NCBI GenBank assembly: GCA_002633005.1
Contig: NMRA01000123.1
Coordinates: 832,656 to 896,655, forward strand
Direction of reading: 5' to 3'
DNA: 64,000 bases
Origin: Phoronis australis
Lineage: Eukaryota > Animalia > Phoronida
The position numbers were made by a program, and so were the translations under genes. Numbering within the stretch: the first letter of the stretch is position 1; every line of letters begins with the position of its first letter. This document shows, one piece after another, positions 54,221 to 64,000 of the stretch. The notes beneath the pieces are model-generated. The model was given only the letters and a program-made list of their open reading frames with translations. It ran no database searches and had not been told where the DNA came from.

Positions 54221-55017
54221 TTTAGTCACGATGGTGTCCAAGACAGTCACTCAATTGTGATTAGCTGTTTAGGTAGCTGGGTTGTTTGCCTTAGGAACTT
54301 GGGAGCTACTACACGTAAATGAAACACCGTACTAGTTAACCGCAGGAATACCCCCAAGTTTTAGAAACTGTGTCACTGTAATTTCAGTGGGTAATTCTAC
54401 ATGTTTAGGCATTTAAATTTTCTCAGTTTATCAGTTTAACTTATTCCTGTAGTACATAGTGTGATAAACAGTAGTTAGTAACTGCCAGCCAGTAGTAGAA
54501 ATCTTCTGTTTAGTTCATGCTGAGACACACTGTGCATTTAGGATAACGGTGACATATCCCTTTCCCTTTTGGGCAGGTTCGACAGCTTATACAGCCTGCG
54601 AATATTACCTTTTCTGTTTTAGTGTATGTCTGCATGAAGAATAGGTTTAATAAGAACTGAATTTTTATTGCAATGTGCACATTCTGTCTTTGTATTTCCT
54701 GGCAAGGTGATTGATCAGAAATTATCAAAGGATTTGCTCTCAGTGCTCCTTATAAGATGCAAGTTAATTGTTAAACCATAAAAACAATTGTGAATGACCT
54801 CTTGACCTGAGAAAACAGTACATACCCTGAAAGCCCAGTGCTTTCGATTCCAAATAACAGAGGGGTAGAATGAAAAAAATTAGGACAATCAAGTGTGTGC
54901 TAAATCAGCTAAAATCTACCAAGCTTTGCTGCAATGTGGTGGGAGACGTTACTGATTGGAAAGTTTCCAGTGAAGCGACCTCTAGCGAGCGGTCTTTAGT
55001 CTTTCATTAGTCAAAAA
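54221..55017. promoter_or_regulatory. Candidate bidirectional promoter between the two divergent membrane-protein genes
   Basis: Under 1 kb separates the 5' ends; inverted CCAAT (attgg) near 54955; minus-strand donor GG|GTATGT near 54825 may end a non-coding exon. Confidence 0.4.
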
Positions 55018-58000
55018 ATGGCTGACTATGGAGAACATGCTTTTGTCAACGAGGAACACAATCGCAAAGAGGGTAAGAAATAAGTAACAATAAATGGGTA
55101 CAGTCTGAGGTGGCATACAAAACGATCAGTAAACGTGACTGTAGCATTAATTTGACAAAGGTTTTGTTTATTTAGGCTTTTATTTCACGCTATGTATACT
55201 CGCAAACCCCAAAGCATGACGTCACGCCTTTCATCCGGGTTTGTTATTTTTACGCCATTTAATCCGCCTTTTCTTTTTTTGAGTCAACATAGTTACATGT
55301 AGAGCTAGTTTTTCGAATGGCATAGTATGATAGACTTCCAGAACCCAAGCAAACATATCTTTTGATTATTGTCCATTTTTGGATAGAATGCCCAAGCAGG
55401 GACCACGAAGGTAAGGAAATCCTAAGCAAGCAACCAACTGCTCCAAACATCCATGTTATGACAAGTGAGTTTACAAATAGCCTATTCTTGCTCAACAATG
55501 ATGGCTACTCATGTAGGTTGTAGAACTTCAAGGTGTATTCTGACAATAAGATGGACAATAGATCTACTTGACTTGTGGTCTGATACCCTGGCTTGGATTT
55601 CATCAACTAAACTGCTTTTGAAATGAACACTTAGCTCTATGAAAAAATACATTATCATATTTCACAAGTCTGGTGAAAGTCTAATTCAAAACAATGAAGC
55701 GTCCTGCTCTCATTGGTTTCATGGACCCAAAGCAAATGAAATGGCCCCGAGAACTTGGAATGTGGGTCAACTATTTGCCCAATTCCATGAAAATAAGCCA
55801 AGGAACTACTAAGATATAGAGGCAAACGTAAAAAACAATTGACACAAAGAGGCACAGGTATAGTCTGATTGGTCTGAAACTAATCTTCATCTGTTGCCTG
55901 AGCCCATCTGCTAACTTTCGCAAAGATCCTTCAAGGGTTTAATGAGATACAGTCTTAGAGGCAAAAAATAAATAACAAAATTGACCCTAAAGGACACCAG
56001 AATAGTCAAAAACATCCAAAAATCAATAATGTCAGCCAGGGTCTCAAGTTTGCATCAGGAAACCAAACATCACTTTTCATTACATGTTCTTTGAGAGTTT
56101 AAGCACATAGAGAGTCAGTCGTCAAAAACATACACGGAAATTTTTAAATGGCCAACAGGTGATGTAGAAAACATCAAACCTGTCCGAAAATGGGAAGGCA
56201 TTGTTGCCTCCACAATAGAAATCTGTTTGCCGAATTTCATGAAGAAACATTCATGAACTTTGAAGATACAAGAGGTAAACGTAAAAAATATTTTGCTACT
56301 AAAGGGCACAGTGGTATTTGGATTTATTTAGTTCAACATTTGTTAGCGTTTGTTGCGTTTGTCGTTGGCTCCATAGGAACACATCTTTCAAATTTCACAA
56401 AGCTCCTTCAAAGGGTTAAGGAGATTCGGACTCGTATGCAAAAAAATCACAACAAGGGGGCGACAAAGTAGTCAGACCCATCCGAAAGTCAATTTCACTC
56501 CCTTCTTCTGATCAGGATCACATCTGTAAATTCTCATAATTATCTTATAAGCAATATGGCGGATAGAGAGTTGGACACCAAAAATGGCCACCAGGTGGTG
56601 CACAAAACATCAAATCTGTCCGAAAATAGGAATGCGCGTAAAAAGTGATCGACAAAATATTGTTCTCCCCTCATTACAGTTAATTCTGTTAACAGCGGAA
56701 ATGAGAGATGATAACTATTAAGGTGAGACTGAGTAATCCAAACTTTTTAATATTCAAAATGGCTCAGCCATTTTACTATCTTTCTGGCTCATTTGCCGTT
56801 GTTCGTGGTTGTGAGAGAGGACTGTGACGATGAATTTGGCTTCTGCCTACCCCATGTACCCGTCACGACAGCTAGTTTCAATTCATTTTGTTTAAGCACT
56901 TTGATTGCAGTGTACTCAGACCTGAGGCTGCAATTCAAGACTTGGGCAATTGTGTTAATGCTCAGCCAAAAGCAAATCAAATGAAAATGAATGTAGGTCC
57001 TACACAAAGTTTCTCCAGATTCAAAAAGACAACCAAAGGGTCGTTCATTTTATTAGTCGTACTCCCAAATAACAAATAATGAAACTTAAATGTAACACAG
57101 TTTAAGCTGTGGTATTTTGTGGTAAATGTGCTCTAGGTGTGAATTAACTCATGATTGAAAATAGGCAATAATGTGCCCGCATTTTGAGAACCCAGAGTTT
57201 GATGCCTGTTATTCAGCGGAGAAAACTGGTTCTCAAAACCAGGGCATGCTATATCTGACTGTTACCAAAAACGCAGCTGTTGACTACAAATAATCAGGAG
57301 TGGCTGCCTTTTACCAACCCAAAACGATACCACAGATACCATAACGTCAAAATTCTCACATGACCAATGCCTGGCATTAAGCAAAATAGCCATGCAAGTT
57401 AATGGCAGTGCGTCCTGGCAGTAGTACAATAAAACATGCCCATACTTTGAGAACCAGTTTGATGCCCATTACTCAGTGGAGACAACTGGTTCTCAAATTG
57501 CGGGTGTGTTCTATTTGACTATTACCCTGCATCCCAACCAACATCTCCTTTAAGAAAGCCTCTACACTGAGAAAAAGTTTAACATATTTTGGCTTTGTCT
57601 TGCATAAATCTTCCCCCAGAGTGAAAGACAAATGGTATTTATGGCGAAGTTGTTATCCCTGTTATCTAGAGCCCGAGGGGCGTTAGCCCCGAGGGTGATA
57701 ATTCTACAAAATCCACGAGGGCTCTAGATAAGGGGGATAATGACTGAGAACATGTAATAATCTATTTATACCACATACTGAACGAGAAACATTGCGATGA
57801 ATCGATCTACCTTTCTCGACTCGCCTCGACTTTGTAAATACTTTCTATGTCAGAGGCCCGGGGTGGGAGGTCGTGACCTTTTAAGAAAAGCCGAGGTGTT
57901 TTTGTAAAATAATGCTTTTACTCAAAACCAATTGAAAAATAAAACAAAATAGAAATAAAGTGAATCTATAAATTAAGGTTTAGCAACTATTATAGCTTAC

Positions 58001-61000
58001 TACACATTTTATCACGCTAAGCTTCGACCGGGACTATATCGTCTGCTAAAGTAGGTTACCACTAGTAACTGAGTATAATGCTCCAGTCAAAGGATCCCGA
58101 CCACACGACACCTGCATTCAAACTGGAGATCGGTGATTTACAAGTGAGAGAACACGAGAGAAAAATTTCACTGAATTAAAATATCGTTTTTATGGAAATT
58201 ATGCGTCTCATTTTTCATAGCGTATAATTGTCGGTGCAATGCGCTTTGCTGAATATGCGATTGTTGCGCGTGCTCATTTAAGTATTCTATTTTCATGTTC
58301 GATGACGTCAGCCACTGAGTGGTGTAGTGGTAGTCAGCGACTCGAAACTCTTGAAGCCCGGGTTCAAATCCGGCCTCGGTTTCCCGCCAAAATGTTATCT
58401 CACTAGTGAGATAACTTTATGGGTTATTACACGGTTGTATCTGCCACTCGAGGCTAATATTGTGGTATAAAAATAATTATTTTGAATTAGGCAATATTGG
58501 CCATTCGAAATTTGAGAAATATGAGAATGACGGCAAAATCGACGGTGTCTGAAATCTTACTTTACGCGGATGGCTGCTGACAATGTTCCGATTTGTGGTT
58601 TTAGACAGCCGCGCAGGTTTGTGATCGTTATTACTGACAAGAAATTCACACAATGTCCTCAAAAAAATATCAGCGATGTTACTGACTATGAACACAATCG
58701 ACTTACCAAACTTTGAGATAGGACTGATTATTCGCAATATCCATTTGTGCTCATCTTCTTCACGTTAAACTGTTCGCAAACCAAACACAGACGATGCGAC
58801 TGCAGTATATGTAACCCATGTATGCATTCAGTAATGCTAGCACCTACGCTAGGACCTATGCCAGGACCTAGCTATTTTAAAATACATGGCAAAGTCTCAC
58901 ATAATCTCGCGAAGTCTTGCTTTTTAGTCAGTGAGGTTCTAGCATTACTAAATAGGAGGCTGGGGCAGTGCGTACGACATACTTATGAGTCACCTGTCAT
59001 TCAAACAGACCGCCAACGACATACATGTAAATAAGGTCCCCATGGTCTTAGCTTGCGAAAAAGCACAATGTGGAAATTACCGTACGGCCAATGCTGCTAA
59101 AATCAATTTGTCAGAAATTTGAGAAACATGGTAAATGCCAAATTCGACCGTGTCCCGAATTTCAGAATCAAAAAAATTCAGTTTGGGGTTGGATTTAGGT
59201 GTCCAAAATACGGGCGACTATTCTAAATTCTAGAATTTTTATTGTATCCATGACTGTCAGTATGAGTTCTACATTAGGAATTTCGAATAAAAATTAGGAA
59301 AAGAGGGAAAGTTCTAATTCATGCTTTTAAAATGGCAACGATAATTGATGTACTTAAACGTGTTTTATTTCAGATACGGCCATAGCCCAGTCCAGTGGAT
59401 ATGAGTCGCTCATCGAGCATCAAGGTATGTTTAGTGCAAACTAATGCAAGGACAAATTTCTCATGTTCATACACAGGTTCCATCAAACACGTTTCAAGGG
59501 GATAAAACAGGATAACTTTTATCTCAGACAGTGTCAATTAAAAATAAATAAGTGAAAATCAAATCAAACAATTGGAGGGACTGACAGAGGAATTCTTTTC
59601 CTTCTTCTAAATTAATGAATTATCATTCCGTAGTAATTGAATTTCTGTCCACCAAATCTGAGTCCTGATCAATCAGAAGTCACTTTCATGCTCCCATTAC
59701 TCTCGAGAGCGCTAAAATGAAAAGTCGCCAATTCAAATAATTTTCAAACTGGGCATCATCATTGCTACAAAGACTCAAGTTTTACAGACACCTTTAGAGT
59801 AAAAATTCGCATGAAATACTTTGAATCAAGCAAACAAACTGTCATCAAAATGAAGTAACAGAATTATACAAAGCACAACTAATGCCCAGTGTTGTATTTC
59901 AGGAGGAGCCCTACTCGAGTACGTAGGACCTGAAGAAAATGAAGTACCCGAGGCCTCAGGAACAGGTGAGATACATGCAGTAAATCAAACCGCAGTTAAT
60001 TCTGTCTTTTGCATGATCCATTATGTCATTCTCAGCAAGTGTCTTACACCGACATCACAATCTTTGCTCAGTGTGAATTCTTTGGCAATGTACGCACTCC
60101 ATGTTCACAGAACAACCACTAAGTAGGAATGGACACTAACCTGCATGTTAATGTTATTTTGAAGAGAGCCAAGTGTTATTGCACAACTCTTGGCATTTGA
60201 ATTATTTTGCATTCTCAGAAACATTTTGGTAGTATTGTCATTCCCAACAGGTGACATCTCGTGAATTCTTTGGCAATGTACACACTCCATGTCCACAAAA
60301 CAACCACTATATAGGAATGGGTGCTAACCTGCCTGTTACAATCTATGGTTTTGTAACATAATCATGCATAACATTTGAAATTTTCAGAAAAAATATTCAC
60401 TGGCTCCAACTACAAAATGCTGCTACGAATTCAAAGTAAATGCAGATTTTCAAAATAGCCGCATCACATTAAAATTCACTGACCCGCCAGGTGGCAATCA
60501 GGTGTTTAGCGGACAGGCGTTGAGCATGGCTTATAGATTCCATGTGATGCGAAGTTTCAACACATTTTCAGCCATTATAATACTAGCTAATTTCACCTCC
60601 TGTGCAGCGGGATGCACTAATGTAAACTTAAACCAATCAAATAATAGGAGGGACTGACAGTAGAATTAGCTTTAATGAACTATTGTATAGTAATTGATGT
60701 TCTGTCCACCAAATCTGAGTCCTGATCAATCAGAAGTCACTTTCATGCTCCCATTACTCTCGAGAGCGCTAAAATGAAAAGTCGCCAATTCAAATAATTT
60801 TCAAACTGGGCATCATCATTGCTACAAAGACTCAAGTTTTACAGACACCTTTAGAGTAAAAATTCGCATGAAATACTTTGAATCAAGCAAACAAACTGTC
60901 ATCAAAATGAAGTAACAGAATTATACAAAGCACAACTAATGCCCAGTGTTGTATTTCAGGAGGAGCCCTACTCGAGTACGTAGGACCTGAAGAAAATGAA

Positions 61001-64000
61001 GTACCCGAGGCCTCAGGAACAGGTGAGATACATGCAGTAAATCAAACCGCAGTTAATTCTGTCTTTTGCATGATCCATTATGTCATTCTCAGCAAGTGTC
61101 TTACACCGACATCACAATCTTTGCTCAGTGTGAATTCTTTGGCAATGTACGCACTCCATGTTCACAGAACAACCACTAAGTAGGAATGGACACTAACCTG
61201 CATGTTAATGTTATTTTGAAGAGAGCCAAGTGTTATTGCACAACTCTTGGCATTTGAATTATTTTGCATTCTCAGAAACATTTTGGTAGTATTGTCATTC
61301 CCAACAGGTGACATCTCGTGAATTCTTTGGCAATGTACACACTCCATGTCCACAAAACAACCACTATATAGGAATGGGTGCTAACCTGCCTGTTACAATC
61401 TATGGTTTTGTAACATAATCATGCATAACATTTGAAATTTTCAGAAAAAATATTCACTGGCTCCAACTACAAAATGCTGCTACGAATTCAAAGTAAATGC
61501 AGATTTTCAAAATAGCCGCATCACATTAAAATTCACTGACCCGCCAGGTGGCAATCAGGTGTTTAGCGGACAGGCGTTGAGCATGGCTTATAGATTCCAT
61601 GTGATGCGAAGTTTCAACACATTTTCAGCCATTATAATACTAGCTAATTTCACCTCCTGTGCAGCGGGATGCACTAATGTAAACTTAAACCAATCAAATA
61701 ATAGGAGGGACTGACAGTAGAATTAGCTTTAATGAACTATTGTATAGTAATTGATGTTCTGTCCACCAAATCTGAGTCCTGATCAATCAGAAGTCACTTT
61801 CATGCTCCCATTACTCTCGAGAGCGCTAAAATGAAAAGTCGCCAATTCAAATAATTTTCAAACTGGGCATCATCATTGCTACAAAGACTCAAGTTTTACA
61901 GACACCTTTAGAGTAAAAATTCGCATGAAATACTTTGAATCAAGCAAACAAACTGTCATCAAAATGAATTAACAGAATTATACAAAGCACAACTAATGCC
62001 CAGTGTTGTATTTCAGGAGGAGCCCTACTCGAGTACGTAGGACCTGAAGAAAATGAAGTACCCGAGGCCTCAGGAACAGGTGAGATACATGCAGTAAATC
62101 AAACCGCAGTTAATTCTGTCTTTTGCATGATCCATTATGTCATTCTCAGCAAGTGTCTTACACCGACATCACAATCTTTGCTCAGTGTGAATTCTTTGGC
62201 AATGTACGCACTCCATGTTCACAGAACAACCACTAAGTAGGAATGGACACTAACCTGCATGTTAATGTTATTTTGAAGAGAGCCAAGTGTTATTGCACAA
62301 CTCTTGGCATTTGAATTATTTTGCATTCTCAGAAACATTTTGGTAGTATTGTCATTCCCAACTGATGACATCTTGTGAATTCTTTGGCAATGTACACACT
62401 CCATGTCCACAAAACAACCACTATATAGGAATGGGCGCTAACCTGCCTGTTACAATCTATGGTTTTGTAACATAATCATGCATAACATTTTAAATTTTTA
62501 GAAACAATATTCACTGGCTCCAACTACAAAATGCTGCTACGAATTCAAAGTAAAAGCAGATTTTCAAAATAGCCGCATCACATCAAAATTCACTGACCCG
62601 CCAGGTGGCAATCACGTGTTTAGTGGACAGGCGTTGAGCACGGCTTATAGATTCCATGTGATGCGAAGTTTCAACACATTTTCTGCCATTATAATGCTAG
62701 CTAATTTCCACTCCTGTGCAGCGGGATGCACCAATGTAAACTTAAACCAATCAAATAATGGGAGGGACTGACAGTAGAATTACCTTTAATGAACTATTGT
62801 ATTGTAATTGACGTTCTGTCCACCAAAGGTGAATCGGGATCAAATGAAAGTCACTTTCGTTCTAAAATTACTCTCAAGAGCGCTAAATAAAAAATCCCCA
62901 ATTCAAATGATTTTCAACCTGGACACCACCATTAATTATGAAGACTCAATTTTCAAATACCTTTGGAGTAAAGACTAGCATGAAATACTTTGAATCAAGC
63001 AAACAGTCACAAAAATGTAGTAAAACAATTATACCAAGCCCAACTAATACCCAGTGTTGCATTTGAGGTGTTCTAGTCGAACAAGTAGCATGTAATGGCA
63101 ACGAGAGACCTGAGCCTCCAGAAACAGGCGGCCAAGATGGAGTGTTGGAAAGCGCAGATGATGAAGCTGCAGGTTATTCTAACTTTAATAAACAGAACCA
63201 ATGAAAGTGCTTCACCTGAATAGGCTGTCACTGACATATATTTAAAACTATAAATGGCTCGCACCAAAATTTTCATAGTTCATTTGATAGAAAAGAGCAG
63301 TCAGATCCAGATCTATGATTAAGTAAATGTATTTCAGATCATGACATCCCACCACGGGCAAATGATGATCACCATGATGCAGAAAGACAAATGCAGTGGA
63401 GACAACGTCGTTTCCTCAATGGCCGCGCACGTGGACCCCATGTCACTATGCGTAAGTTTCAACTTCAAGATGTGCTAGCTGATTTATTCTGAAATATTTG
63501 AACACTAAATGCTACAAAATTTACCTGTTTCGCAGATTGTTTCCCATTGAGTTTACTGTCTATGGCAGACAGATGGGAGGGATTAGAAGCAACATTCTGG
63601 CTCAAGATTATCCATTATGTAAATGACACATCTAGGAATTACACAGGCAACTGACTCTATAGAATAAAGTCACTCAAGAAAGGAGATCACATGATTATTA
63701 ACAATGAAATCAAACCATTTACACCACAAAAACGGTATCATGATTGGTTTAGAAATGAACGGACCAAAATGCTTACCTACTCCACGCCCACGGGGGCGCA
63801 TGAGGTTATGAGTTGATTGTATCTCAGTGAGTGTAATTGTCAAATTTCAGTAAAAACGTCACACTACAGACTAAAGCAGACTATACTAAACAGAACACTC
63901 CGATTATCTTTTGTAGGTGACAACACCGGGCTTATTCTGGCTTTGGTGTGGCTCATGTTTTTGTGGTATCCACCTTTGCTGCTTGTAGTAAAGACAATGG
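55018..64000 (+). CDS. Uncharacterised protein (5' part): acidic, Tyr-motif N-terminus with a triplicated 21-aa exon, then a hydrophobic putative TM segment; continues beyond the window
   Basis: Exons 55018-55072 (MADYGEHAFVNEEHNRKE), 59374-59424 (DTAIAQSSGYESLIEHQ), 59903-59965, 60960-61022 and 62017-62079 (GGALLEYVGPEENEVPEASGT x3), 63338-63451, 63917->64000 (RDNTGLILALVWLMFLWYPPLLLVVKTM). All introns phase 1, GT-AG; frame open; aaaATGG start context. Confidence 0.75.
57172..57526. mobile_element. Two further copies of the hairpin MITE seen at 433-530
   Basis: ttttgagaacc...ggttctcaaaa arms at ~57172-57267 and ~57431-57526. Confidence 0.7.
57650..58474. mobile_element. Non-autonomous element with a nested-hairpin end and a tttataccaca / tgtggtataaa inverted pair
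   Basis: ttatctagagccc...gggctctagataa hairpin at ~57652-57741; tttataccaca near 57765 and tgtggtataaa near 58461. Confidence 0.5.
58311..58382 (+). pseudogene. tRNA-derived sequence (Pol III A and B boxes); not a functional tRNA
   Basis: TGGTGTAGTGG A box and GGTTCAAATCC B box; acceptor-like ACTGAG/CTCGGT pairing; anticodon arm and T stem imperfect. Confidence 0.6.
58820..58962. mobile_element. Diverged third copy of the gctaggacct MITE
   Basis: Shares cctacgctaggacct, taatctcgcgaagtcttgctttttag and the ggaggctg end. Confidence 0.7.
59575..63130 (+). repeat. 1,057-bp tandem duplication, ~3.4 copies, each carrying a coding exon
   Basis: Exon starts at 59903, 60960 and 62017 (period 1057); copies 1 and 2 appear identical, copy 3 diverges in its 3' half, and the fourth partial copy is degenerate. 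Confidence 0.95.

Noticed and set aside
58311-58382. Functional tRNA gene
   Set aside because: No proper anticodon stem-loop and a mismatched T stem; kept only as a tRNA-derived sequence.
60105-62410. Three repeated 63-aa minus-strand ORFs (MDMECVHCQRIH...)
   Set aside because: By-products of the 1,057-bp repeat, antisense within introns, with no supporting motif beyond a chance CxxC.

Overview
Intron-rich eukaryotic DNA, most likely from an invertebrate animal; the taxon cannot be fixed from sequence alone. Most ORF-track entries are intronic noise. Reading splice signals and codon phases by hand gives four genes. (1) First coding exon of a caveolin, minus strand, 1408-1617, with the rest outside the window. 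(2) A 9-coding-exon PhyH-family Fe(II)/2-oxoglutarate dioxygenase, plus strand, 12823-22492, 293 aa. (3) A ~30-exon, ~1,600-aa single-pass type I membrane protein, minus strand, ~54200-26179. It has five tandem pairs of SEA-like domains separated by four 96-nt PSI-like Cys-rich exons, then a Thr/Pro/Val stalk, a TM helix and a Tyr-containing tail; I do not recognise this architecture from any named family. (4) Head-to-head with gene 3, a plus-strand gene from 55018 in which a 63-nt coding exon is triplicated by a 1,057-bp tandem repeat, with a fourth, decayed copy. Introns hold many non-autonomous DNA transposons (hAT-like with TSDs, Kolobok-like, a piggyBac remnant, hairpin MITEs), tRNA-derived heads, a LINE 3' fragment, minisatellites (one with four perfect CRE sites) and a 137-N gap. 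All gene models are manual and need transcript confirmation.
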